18,455 nt of DNA, taken from Chthonomonadales bacterium. GTDB lineage: Bacteria; Armatimonadota; Chthonomonadetes; Chthonomonadales; Chthonomonadaceae. The stretch lies in NCBI GenBank assembly GCA_038217285.1, contig JBBQPO010000111.1:1-18455 (forward strand), in the 5' to 3' direction. Numbering within the stretch: position 1 is the first letter of the stretch; each line of letters begins with the position of its first letter. Shown here in pieces: positions 7,598-16,464 of this stretch. The notes beneath the pieces were generated by a model. The model ran no database searches and had not been told where the DNA came from. It was given only the letters and a program-made list of their open reading frames with translations. The translations under genes and the position numbers were made by a program.

Positions 7598-8791
7598 TTA
7601 CGCCCGGTCATTTTCGAAGAGATAGAGCCCGCTTTTCCCCGGAGCGATAATATCCAGTCTGCCTGTCTTCCGCAGATCGATGGCCGTGAGCTGCAGCCCT
7701 GTACCAACATGCGTGTTTTCATCGATGACGCATTTGACCCAACGCTTCTCACTGCGGTTGTACTTATAGTAGAAAAGGCCAAGCGGTTCACGAGCACCGG
7801 GGTCGTGGTCGTGCGCGAGGTAACGTTTGCCGGTCAGCACGACGGGGGGCTGCCGCTTTTCGAGGTGTACGAGCATCAGCGCATGCGCCTGCGACCAACT
7901 GGTGTCGATCGGTTTCTGCTCCCACTTGCCGGCAGCGTTCTGCTTTAGATAGTAGAGGCCGTAGTGGTGTCCGCTGCCGAAGACGATCTCGTTCTTGCCG
8001 TCGCCATCGAAATCGTAGACCGGGGTGCCGTATCCGAGGTCGCCGGGATTGCACTCCCAGTCGGCGTGCCATCTCCACTTGTCGGCGCGTGCGTCGATCT
8101 GTTCGTACCAGCCGTGTGGGGTGATGAGGTCGATTTTTCCATCGTTGTTGACGTCGCCCCAGCCGATACCGTGCGCTGCGCCTTCCTTGCCGACGATATG
8201 CTCCACCCACTCCGGCTTCGGCCCAGCCTTGCGCAGTTCGTACCAGACGACCTGTCCTCCGCAGTTCGGCAGGATGCAGGGCGTCTTATTGCCGAGCAGA
8301 GGCACCAGTGCCGACGTTTCCGCACTGCCGGGCTTGGCGATCAGATGCTTCTCCCACATCGTGTCTCTTTTGCCGGGATTCTCGTGCCAGAAGATCTCAC
8401 CTGTTGCATAGTCGGAAGAGACGATGTCGATCCTGCCGTCCCCGTTGACATCCACGGGCAGATCGGCGAAGTCCATACGATAGCCGCTCGAATCCGGCCC
8501 ACGCCCCCAGTCTCCGATCACGCGGAAAGGATGCGGCGTCCAGTGAGGCGCTTCGTACCAGGTATCGCCGCAGACGATGTCGAGTTTGCCATTCCCGGTG
8601 ATGTCCGCCGCGCAGGCGCACTCGAAGTCCGACTTTTCGTTGATGCTGGTCTTACGAAAAATGACTTTCGAAGGCTGCGTTCGGAGGGTAGGATCCGGCG
8701 TCTGCGCCAGAACGGTTTCCGGTAACAACGTCGCGGCGGCCAGGCTTGTAGCGCCGCGCAACAGGTCGCGCCGGGAGAGATCGTTGGACAT
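7598..8791 (-). CDS. Tat-exported FG-GAP/VCBS-repeat beta-propeller protein
   Basis: Twin-arginine SRRDLL plus AxA-like VLA cleavage site; Ca-binding-type repeats DITGNGKLDIV, DVNGDGRIDIV, DVNNDGKIDLI, DFDGDGKNEIV and DLRKTGRLDII. Confidence 0.88.
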   Translation of the reverse strand: MSNDLSRRDLLRGATSLAAATLLPETVLAQTPDPTLRTQPSKVIFRKTSINEKSDFECACAADITGNGKLDIVCGDTWYEAPHWTPHPFRVIGDWGRGPDSSGYRMDFADLPVDVNGDGRIDIVSSDYATGEIFWHENPGKRDTMWEKHLIAKPGSAETSALVPLLGNKTPCILPNCGGQVVWYELRKAGPKPEWVEHIVGKEGAAHGIGWGDVNNDGKIDLITPHGWYEQIDARADKWRWHADWECNPGDLGYGTPVYDFDGDGKNEIVFGSGHHYGLYYLKQNAAGKWEQKPIDTSWSQAHALMLVHLEKRQPPVVLTGKRYLAHDHDPGAREPLGLFYYKYNRSEKRWVKCVIDENTHVGTGLQLTAIDLRKTGRLDIIAPGKSGLYLFENDRA

Positions 8792-8825
8792 CGGTGAGTT
8801 CCCTTCTCTGGGTCTGGAATATGGT

Positions 8826-10292
8826 TCAGGCCAGGACTTCGCGCATGACCTCGCCGCTCACGTCGGTCAGACGCATGTTGCGGCCCGAGTAGTTGTAGGT
8901 CAGGCGCTTGTGATCGAGGCCCAGGAGGTGCAAAATCGTCGCGTTCAGGTCATAGACGGTCTGGGGCTTGTCGGCAGCCCGATAGCCTATCTCGTCGGTC
9001 GAGCCCAGAATCGTCCCGCCCTTCACGCCCGCTCCGGCCAGCCAGACGGAGAACGCGTGCGGGTTGTGGTCTCGGCCACTGCTGCCTTCGGTAAAGGGCA
9101 TCCTGCCGAACTCGGTATGGAACACGATCAGGGTCTCTTCCAGCAGTCCCCGCTGCTTCAGGTCTTTGAGCAGGCCGGCGACAGGCAGGTCGATTTCGCG
9201 GGCGCGCTTCTCATGGTTCGCCACCATGCCGTTGTGGGCGTCCCAGCTCTGATCGAAGACGCCGCCGCCGCTGTAGAGCTGCACGAAGCGGACGCCGCGC
9301 TCCACGAGCCGCCGCGCGAGCAGGCACTGCCGCCCGAACATCGCCGTCTCGGTTTGGTTGAGGCCATAGAGCTCCTGGGTCGCCACCGACTCGCGGCTGA
9401 CATCGACCGCCTCCGTCGCCTCGGACTGCATCCGGTAGGCGAGTTCGTAGGTCCGGATTCGGGCGGCAAGCTCCTGCTCGCCCGGATGCGTCCTCAAAAA
9501 CTCTTCGTTCAGCTTCCCGAGGAGTTCGAGGCTCTCTTTCTGCTTTTCCACCGTCTGGTTTTGCGGCGGTTTGAGGTTCAGGACCGGCAGCCCGCTGCTG
9601 CGAAACTGCACTCCCTGAAACGAGGCGGGCAGAAATCCGGCGTTCCAGTTCCCGGCCCCACCCCCGACCAGCGCCCGAGGATCGGTCATCACGACGAAGG
9701 CGGGAAGGTTCTGATTCTCGGTGCCCAGGCCGTAGGTGATCCAGGAGCCGAGGCCGGGGCGGCCGCTTACGGTCGAACCGGTCAGCATGTGGTAGACCGC
9801 TGGCACATGATTGTTGCTCTCCGACTTCATGGAGCGGATGAGCGCCAGGTCATCGGCGCAGGAGCCGATGTGCGGCATGAGATCCGACACCGGCAGCCCA
9901 CACTTGCCGTAGTTATTGAACTTCCACGGGCTGCGCATCAGACTGCCGGGCGCGCTGCGCCCTCCCGTGTCGAAGCCCGGTCTTCCGGCGACCGAAACGC
10001 CGTTCTGCCGCTCCAGTTCGATCTTGGGATCGAACGTATCGACATGGCTGCACCCGCCGAAGAGAAAGATCGAGATGACGCGTTTGGCCTTGCCCGGAAA
10101 GTGCGGCGGATGCGGGTGGAGAGGATCCGGAGGCAGGCCGTCGGCCCGAGCGGAGCTGCCGGAAGTCAGCCCTTCTCCGCCGAGCAGGCAGGAGAGCGCC
10201 AGTCCTCCGATGCCGCCCCCGGCCCGCTGCAAAAACTCACGCCGCGCTATATAGGCTGGCCCGCTATGATTGTTGTATTCGTCGTGGCTCAT
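8826..10292 (-). CDS. DUF1501 domain protein (Tat signal)
   Basis: ARREFL Tat motif; KAKRVI.IFL.GG.SHVDTFDPK, NHxxA, GSWITYGLG, QCLLARRLVERGVRFVQL, WDAH, EFGRMP and GRDHNP. Confidence 0.93.
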   Translation of the reverse strand: MSHDEYNNHSGPAYIARREFLQRAGGGIGGLALSCLLGGEGLTSGSSARADGLPPDPLHPHPPHFPGKAKRVISIFLFGGCSHVDTFDPKIELERQNGVSVAGRPGFDTGGRSAPGSLMRSPWKFNNYGKCGLPVSDLMPHIGSCADDLALIRSMKSESNNHVPAVYHMLTGSTVSGRPGLGSWITYGLGTENQNLPAFVVMTDPRALVGGGAGNWNAGFLPASFQGVQFRSSGLPVLNLKPPQNQTVEKQKESLELLGKLNEEFLRTHPGEQELAARIRTYELAYRMQSEATEAVDVSRESVATQELYGLNQTETAMFGRQCLLARRLVERGVRFVQLYSGGGVFDQSWDAHNGMVANHEKRAREIDLPVAGLLKDLKQRGLLEETLIVFHTEFGRMPFTEGSSGRDHNPHAFSVWLAGAGVKGGTILGSTDEIGYRAADKPQTVYDLNATILHLLGLDHKRLTYNYSGRNMRLTDVSGEVMREVLA

Positions 10293-10301
10293 CTCGTCTC
10301 C

Positions 10302-12776
10302 TCACGGCACATAGACAAACTCGTTCAGATTGAAGAGCGCATGGCAGAAGTCTTTCAGTCCACCGACGCCACGTTTTTGCAGGTAGGCCATACTGAGAGC
10401 CCTCTCGCGGACGGTCGGAGGGCGACAGAGCGCCAACTGGTACGCTCGCTCGACCTGGCGTTCTGGGTTGGCTCCCACCTCCTTCGCCACACGCGCCGCA
10501 AACAGTTCCGACTGATGCAGTATGAAAGGCGCGTTCTGTAGTGTCAGCGCCTGCAGAGGCGTCGTGCTGATATTCCGCGCCGCGACGGTGTAGGTGATCT
10601 CCGGACAGTCGAAAACTTCGAGTTCCGGCAGCAGCAGCGACCGCTTCACTTTCACGTAGACGCTGCGCCGCCAGGTGGACGGGCCGTCCTCGCCGTCCTT
10701 CCAGTTCGGCCCCTGAAACGTATCGGCCCGCAGAGAGGGATCGACAGGCGGATAGACCGGCGGTCCTCCCATTATCGGGTTCAACGCCCCGGAGACGCTG
10801 AGAATGCTGTCTCGCACCGCCTCGCCTTCCAGCCTCTTCACCGGCATGCGCCAGATCAGACGATTTTGAGGATCCGCTTGCACGGCCGCTTCACGGAGGA
10901 CGGAGTCCTGTTGATAGGTGTTGGAAAGCAGGATCATGCGCTGAATCGGTTTGAGATGCCAGCCGTTCTGCATGAAGGCGACGGCAAGCCAGTCCAACAA
11001 CTCCATGTGACTGGGCAGTTCGCCGCTCACGCCGAAGTTGCTGGGTGTGTTGACGATGCCGCGCCCGAAATGCTGCCTCCAGACGCGATTCAGGAAAACC
11101 CGCGCGGTCAAAGGGTTGGCCCGACGGACCAGCCACTCGGCGAGAGCGCGGCGTCTTCCGGTCGTTTTCTCCGTGGCGTCCGCCGTCGTGACGTCCGCAG
11201 CGCCTCCCGGCAGGGCGCAGATAAAGCCCGGTTTGACCTCGTCGCCCAACTTATCCGCAACGCCTCGAATCATCACATGGGAGGCCGGAAAAACTCTCCC
11301 CGTATCGGTAACGATCTGCGCTTTCGGCAGTTCGCCCCGCTGCGCCTCCAGCCCCTTGACCTGCCCTTGCAGCACGTCCCATTGTTTGCGGTCCGTCTGC
11401 GCCAGCGCGGCGACGGTCTGCTCCTCGGTAGGCTTCGCACTGCCCTTCGCGATCAGCGCCTTCCGCGCGGCAGCGCGGAGGGCGTCGATCTGCTGCTGCA
11501 AGGGCGCAATCTGCGCGGTCAGGTCGTCATAACGTTTGCGCTCCGCAGGGGTCGGAATATCGACATCGCGGCGCTCGGTCGGCGCGAAGATCGCCTGCAG
11601 CCGATAGTAGTCGGTCTGTTTGATCGGATCGTACTTGTGATCGTGGCAGCGGGCGCATGCAGTCGTCAGACCAAGGTAGGCTACTCCGGTCGTCGCCACG
11701 AGATCGTCCAGCTCATCCGCGCGATTCTTCGCGTTCTGCATGACGATGTCTTGCGGGCCGACCGCGAGATAACCTGTGGCAATGAGCGCCTCCGATGACC
11801 CGGGCGCGATCTCATCGCCTGCAAGCTGCTCCCGTACAAACTGGTCGAAAGGCTTGTCCGCGTTGAATGCCGAGATCACATAGTCCCGGTAGCGCCAGGC
11901 ATACGGGCGATCCCGGTCGCCTTCGAAGCCGCCGCTGTCGGCATAGCGCACGACATCGAGCCAGTGCCTCCCCCAGCGTTCTCCATATTGCGGGGAAGCC
12001 AGCAGACGGTCGATCAGCTTTTCATAGGCCAGCGGCGAGGTGTCCGCGAGAAAAGCGCGAACCTCCTCGGGGGAGGGAGGCAGTCCGACCAGATCGATGT
12101 AGGCACGGCGGATCAAGGTGATTTTGGGGGCACGCGGCGAGGGCGAAAGCCCACTCGCGCGGAGCTTCTGCAGCACGAAGGCATCGACGGGGTTGTGACC
12201 CCACTCCACAGCAGAGAATGCCGGAGTCGCCTTCGCGCCAACAACAGAGGCCATATGCGTCCGGTGAGAGAGGTTGGGCCGGAAATTCGGTATGGTCGGT
12301 CGGACGGGCGGACGAAACGACCACCAGACCTGTTTCTCAGCGGAGGTCACGGGGGTGTTGGCATAGGGCGCGCCGCCGTCCAGCCATTTTTTCAGGATGG
12401 CGACAGCAGGCGCGGAGAGTCTGCGCGTGGGCGGCATCTGCGGCGTCCGCACTCCCGATACCATCTGATAGAGGACGCTTTTCGCCGCGCTCCCGGCGAC
12501 GAATGCCGCGCCGCGTGTGCCTCCGTGCAGACCCGCCGCACGCGTACTCAGGTCCAGGCCGCTCAACCGCGCCCCGATGCCGTGACACCCCAGACAGCTC
12601 CGTTCGAGGATTGGCTGAACGTCACGAGTGAAAAAGACCGAATCGACAACCGTCCCAGACCGGGAACGCGCGGCAACCGTCTGCCCACAGGCAGGGGCGA
12701 CGCCGGAAAAGAGAGCGGGCAGGAGCGTTGCGCCCCACAATCTCCGAACTATTTTAAGAACCGAATCCCGTGTCAT
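10302..12776 (-). CDS. Planctomycete-type cytochrome c + DUF1549 (PSCyt2) + DUF1553 (PSD1) protein
   Basis: N-terminal signal; CLGCHG...MPP...WLDGGA cytochrome domain; NPVDAFV, LIRRAYIDLVGLPP, YGERWGRHWLDVVRYADS, CARCHDHKYDPI; NPLTARVFLNRVW..HFGRGIV, HMELLDWLA, RLEGEAVRD and TPLQAL. Confidence 0.95.
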   Translation of the reverse strand: MTRDSVLKIVRRLWGATLLPALFSGVAPACGQTVAARSRSGTVVDSVFFTRDVQPILERSCLGCHGIGARLSGLDLSTRAAGLHGGTRGAAFVAGSAAKSVLYQMVSGVRTPQMPPTRRLSAPAVAILKKWLDGGAPYANTPVTSAEKQVWWSFRPPVRPTIPNFRPNLSHRTHMASVVGAKATPAFSAVEWGHNPVDAFVLQKLRASGLSPSPRAPKITLIRRAYIDLVGLPPSPEEVRAFLADTSPLAYEKLIDRLLASPQYGERWGRHWLDVVRYADSGGFEGDRDRPYAWRYRDYVISAFNADKPFDQFVREQLAGDEIAPGSSEALIATGYLAVGPQDIVMQNAKNRADELDDLVATTGVAYLGLTTACARCHDHKYDPIKQTDYYRLQAIFAPTERRDVDIPTPAERKRYDDLTAQIAPLQQQIDALRAAARKALIAKGSAKPTEEQTVAALAQTDRKQWDVLQGQVKGLEAQRGELPKAQIVTDTGRVFPASHVMIRGVADKLGDEVKPGFICALPGGAADVTTADATEKTTGRRRALAEWLVRRANPLTARVFLNRVWRQHFGRGIVNTPSNFGVSGELPSHMELLDWLAVAFMQNGWHLKPIQRMILLSNTYQQDSVLREAAVQADPQNRLIWRMPVKRLEGEAVRDSILSVSGALNPIMGGPPVYPPVDPSLRADTFQGPNWKDGEDGPSTWRRSVYVKVKRSLLLPELEVFDCPEITYTVAARNISTTPLQALTLQNAPFILHQSELFAARVAKEVGANPERQVERAYQLALCRPPTVRERALSMAYLQKRGVGGLKDFCHALFNLNEFVYVP

Positions 12777-12916
12777 GCCTTTGCCTCAGCCGCAGTGCCG
12801 AACGCCGATGCGACCAGACGATGGTGATGCTGCTTCCATCAAACAGCAGACCTTCGTCCCTTCGCATAGTTACGCTGCTCTGTTTGACAACCTTGCGGGA
12901 AACAGGTGACAGCGCG

Positions 12917-13966
12917 TTAGGGACTCTTGACGGGATCTGGTCGCTTAGGCGTGTTGAACTGCTGGATGGTCTCCAACATGACCAGCACCTCTCCGCCCTT
13001 TTTGATGGAACCGTCCAGAATTCCGACCGCCATACGGACGCCGTAGCCGCCCATGAGGTCTGGGTGCTGCTCTATGGTCGCGGTCATCTCGCCCGAGTTG
13101 ATAGCCGCGGTGACGCCGGGGATATCATCGTAACCGACGACCCTGACCAATCCCCGCTTGCCCTTCTCCGAAATTGCCTTCATGGCCCCGATGGCCATAT
13201 TGTCGTTCGCACAGAAGATCCCGTTCAGATCCGGATGCGCGGCCAGAATAGCCAGAGTTTTGTTGTACGCCTTCTCCGTCTCCCACTCGCCTGTTTCGGA
13301 GGCGACAACCTTGAGGCGCTGGCCTACTGCCAGCAGAAATCCCTTTTTGCGGGCTTCGGCGTTGTCGACGCCGCGAATACCTTCGAGGATTGCGACGTTG
13401 CCTTTGCCGCCCAGAGCGTCCAGAAGCGCCAGTCCCGCCTTCTCACCGCCCATCACGTTGTCCGCGCCGACATAGCCACCGAGAGAGAGGTTCTGCGCCT
13501 TGACGGTGTCGGGGTCCAGGCGATTGTCAAGGTTTATGACCAGAACCCCCGCTTCTACCGCCTTCTTCAGCGCCGGAACCAGGGCCTTCGAATCAGCGGG
13601 AGTGATGAGGATGGCGTTGACACCCTTCGACACTTCCGTCTGCACCAGCGCGACCTGCTCCTCATAGCTCGACTCCTGCGCCGCCGCCTGGACCTCGGCC
13701 TGAACGCCGAGCTTCGCTGCGGTATCCTCGAACGCTTTTATCATCGGAATGAAAAACGGGTTGTTTTTGGTTTTGACGATGAGCACGATCTTGTAGGGCT
13801 TCGTCGCCTTGCCCACCGTATCCAGAATGGCTTCACTGGCGACAGCGCCGGTCTGGGAGTTGTCCGTCGCCGTTTTGGTCGAAAGACCCGTTGGCGGCGT
13901 ATCCTCTTTGCCACATCCGACCAACATCACGCCTAGCGCTAACAGACAGAAAGCGGATCTTCGCAC
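12917..13966 (-). CDS. Monosaccharide ABC transporter (CUT2) substrate-binding lipoprotein, RbsB/AlsB-like
   Basis: GTG start after AGGAGG; lipobox LVGC; NNPFF, VINLD, YVGADN, GIFCANDNMAIGA, VVGYD and ATIEQHP. Confidence 0.93.
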   Translation of the reverse strand: MRRSAFCLLALGVMLVGCGKEDTPPTGLSTKTATDNSQTGAVASEAILDTVGKATKPYKIVLIVKTKNNPFFIPMIKAFEDTAAKLGVQAEVQAAAQESSYEEQVALVQTEVSKGVNAILITPADSKALVPALKKAVEAGVLVINLDNRLDPDTVKAQNLSLGGYVGADNVMGGEKAGLALLDALGGKGNVAILEGIRGVDNAEARKKGFLLAVGQRLKVVASETGEWETEKAYNKTLAILAAHPDLNGIFCANDNMAIGAMKAISEKGKRGLVRVVGYDDIPGVTAAINSGEMTATIEQHPDLMGGYGVRMAVGILDGSIKKGGEVLVMLETIQQFNTPKRPDPVKSP

Positions 13967-14015
13967 GCGTTCAACCTCCTGCGACGTCCCGGACCAGTGC
14001 AGCGCTCTGCCTCTG

Positions 14016-15173
14016 CTATCCTCGTCGCTTTCGTAACTGATCGATAAACACCGTTAGGACGATTATACCGCCCAAAATGACCTGCTGAAGATTGACCTCG
14101 ATCCCCACCAGGACGAGACCGGACGTTATAACGGTGATGGTCAAGGCACCGACGAGGGCATTTAGAATGGAGCCCTGCCCTCCGGAGAGCGACGTCCCGC
14201 CGATAACGACCGCCGCGATGGCGTCGAGTTCGGCCCCTGTGCCTGCGCCTGTGTTTGCGGTCCCAAACTTCGCCACGACCAGGACGCCTCCAAGGGCCGC
14301 CCCCAGCCCTGCCAGCATATAGGCCAGCGTCTTGTACGTCTCTACCGGCACTCCCGTCAGGCGAGCCGCCTGTTCATTGCCGCCTATCGCCAGCATATAA
14401 CGTCCGGCCTGAGCGCGCTTTAACAGCAGACTGCCCGCCGCTACCACCGCCAGCGTAACGAGGAGGAGAGGAGTCCCTTCCCCCAGCAGACGCAGGCGCG
14501 GAAAATCGGCGGCGACGCTCTGACTGTTGGTCGCGTAGAGCGTCAGGCCCCGCGCCACACTCATCATTCCCAGCGTCGTGACAAACGGCGGGACATGCCC
14601 CACGGAGACCACCAGGCCGTTCAACAGCCCGCAGCCGACGCCGATGAGCAGTGCGAAGCCGATAGCGCCTTCCACCCGCAGTCCCCCACGCAGAGCCTGC
14701 ACGAGCACGAATCCGAAAGCCGCTTCTGCCAGGACGAAGAGCGAAACGATGGCTGCAAATGGTATCGAGGCCGAACGCGCAGCGAGCGTCCGCCGCACAA
14801 AGCCTAGCGTGAGGAATGCCAGTGGAAACGCCGCGACAAAGGCCAGCCAGTGCGGCACGGCAGGTGTCCCGGAGAGCGCCATCGCCAGCCCGACGCCTGC
14901 CAGCGCGAGCACCGCGCCGACGGAAAGATCGATCCCGCCGGTCATGACGACAAAGGACATCCCGACGGCCAGAACGATATTGCGGCCCGACTGCTGAAAG
15001 ACGTCCGGCAGATAGTCTCGCGTCCAGAAGGTCGTCCGAAACACAGGATGCAGGGAGAAAAGCGCGCAGACAAGCAACAGTGTCAACCAGGGGCGAACTA
15101 TCCCGATCACGTGGCCCCGATAACGTGAGGAGCGCTCGATCGGGTCCGTCACTGCCTGCGGCGCGCGAGTCAT
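14016..15173 (-). CDS. Monosaccharide ABC transporter permease, RbsC-like
   Basis: 385 aa from ATG 15173 (AAGGAG RBS); GGIDLSVG, VPPFVTTLG, AIGGNEQAARLTG and ELDAIAAVVIGGTSLSGG. Confidence 0.93.
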   Translation of the reverse strand: MTRAPQAVTDPIERSSRYRGHVIGIVRPWLTLLLVCALFSLHPVFRTTFWTRDYLPDVFQQSGRNIVLAVGMSFVVMTGGIDLSVGAVLALAGVGLAMALSGTPAVPHWLAFVAAFPLAFLTLGFVRRTLAARSASIPFAAIVSLFVLAEAAFGFVLVQALRGGLRVEGAIGFALLIGVGCGLLNGLVVSVGHVPPFVTTLGMMSVARGLTLYATNSQSVAADFPRLRLLGEGTPLLLVTLAVVAAGSLLLKRAQAGRYMLAIGGNEQAARLTGVPVETYKTLAYMLAGLGAALGGVLVVAKFGTANTGAGTGAELDAIAAVVIGGTSLSGGQGSILNALVGALTITVITSGLVLVGIEVNLQQVILGGIIVLTVFIDQLRKRRG

Positions 15174-15203
15174 ATTGCTCCTTATAGGGATCGAGTTGTA
15201 CGC

Positions 15204-15240
15204 AGTATAGCAAAAAACGGCACACGGCGCAAGTGCCGTT
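15204..15240 (-). promoter_or_regulatory. Putative promoter of the CUT2 operon overlapped by an 8-bp inverted repeat
   Basis: Minus strand TTGCGC (15232-15227), 17-bp spacer ending in TGc, TATACT (15209-15204). AACGGCAC (15216-15223) and GTGCCGTT (15233-15240) flank the -35. Confidence 0.6.
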
Positions 15241-15348
15241 GCAAGCAGACGGGGAAACATCGGATCACAGGAAGGATTTCCTCTCTGCAAAGGCGAATAG
15301 CCACAACGACCAATGGCGGTCGCCACACGAGAAGACAGGATAGACACA

Positions 15349-16377
15349 ATGATGGTGTTAATGAACGCCGATGCAACGGCGGAACAGATCGAAGAGGTGA
15401 TCCAACGCATAGAAGATCACCATTTGCAGGCGCTCCGACTCCCCGGTGACGAACATATCGCCATCGGTGTGGCGAGCGCTATCCCCAGCCATGTGCGTGA
15501 GCCCCTCACGCAGAGCCTCCAGGCCCTCCCCGGCGTCCACCATGTCGTCCAGATCAGCCGGCCTTATAAACTGGCATCCCGCGAATTTCACCGTGTCGAT
15601 ACGGTCGTGAAGATCAAAGGCATTGAGATCGGCGGCAGCCGGTGCGTGGTGATGGCAGGCCCCTGCTCCGTCGAGAGCAAAGAGCAGCTCCTCGCCGCCG
15701 CGTATGCCGTCCAGGCCGCAGGTGCGAAGGTGCTTCGCGGCGGAGCCTTCAAGCCCCGCACCTCTCCTTACTCTTTTCAGGGCCTCGGAATGGATGGTCT
15801 CAAGATCCTAAAAGAGGTTGGAGACGAACTGGGCATCCTGACCATCACCGAAGTCATCTCGCCTGAGGACGTCCGCGCGGTCGCGGAGCATGCCGACATT
15901 CTTCAGATCGGCGCGCGGAATATGCAGAACTATCCCCTGCTGATCGCCGCCGGAAAATCCGGCCATCCGACCATGCTCAAACGCGGCCCGAGCGCCTCTA
16001 TCGATGAGTTCCTGCTCGCGGCGGAATATCTTCTCCACCACGGCACCGCCGACGTCATGCTGTGCGAGAGGGGCGTTCATCCACTGGATAGGACCTACAC
16101 GCGCAATACGCTCGACCTGAACGCCGTGCCTGTACTCAAACATATCTCGCATCTGCCCGTCATCGTCGATCCATCCCACGGAACCGGGATCGCCCGCTAC
16201 GTCACCGCAATGTCGCGCGCAGGTCTCGCGGCAGGAGCCGACGGGCTGATTGTCGAAGTACATCCCTGTCCGAAGGAGGCGCTCTCCGACGGCGCGCAGT
16301 CCCTGACTCCCGCGCAGTTTCAGGAACTGATGAACGAATCGGCGAAGATCGCCGCCGCCATGGGCCGGACGCTCTAG
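15349..16377 (+). CDS. aroF: 3-deoxy-7-phosphoheptulonate (DAHP) synthase, type I-beta with N-terminal ACT-like regulatory domain
   Basis: [52 protein letters not shown] and SDGAQSL; N-terminus MMVLM..AT..QIEEV; ATG 15349 after AGGA. Confidence 0.95.
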   Translation: MMVLMNADATAEQIEEVIQRIEDHHLQALRLPGDEHIAIGVASAIPSHVREPLTQSLQALPGVHHVVQISRPYKLASREFHRVDTVVKIKGIEIGGSRCVVMAGPCSVESKEQLLAAAYAVQAAGAKVLRGGAFKPRTSPYSFQGLGMDGLKILKEVGDELGILTITEVISPEDVRAVAEHADILQIGARNMQNYPLLIAAGKSGHPTMLKRGPSASIDEFLLAAEYLLHHGTADVMLCERGVHPLDRTYTRNTLDLNAVPVLKHISHLPVIVDPSHGTGIARYVTAMSRAGLAAGADGLIVEVHPCPKEALSDGAQSLTPAQFQELMNESAKIAAAMGRTL

Positions 16378-16392
16378 TCCCCTGTGTTCCAG

Positions 16393-16415
16393 CCCGTCCG
16401 GCAATGAGGGACGGG
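16393..16415. other. Intergenic hairpin between aroF and the MFS gene
   Basis: CCCGTCC-9 nt-GGACGGG: 7-bp stem with no U-tract. Confidence 0.4.
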
Positions 16416-16464
16416 AGCATCGACAGTACCGATATTTCTCCCTACCAGGGAAGGAGGACACGCT

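Noticed and set aside
15174-15410. Upstream extensions of the permease (start 15410) and aroF (start 15313)
   Set aside because: The permease extension would overlap aroF. Better RBS-supported starts exist at 15173 and 15349.
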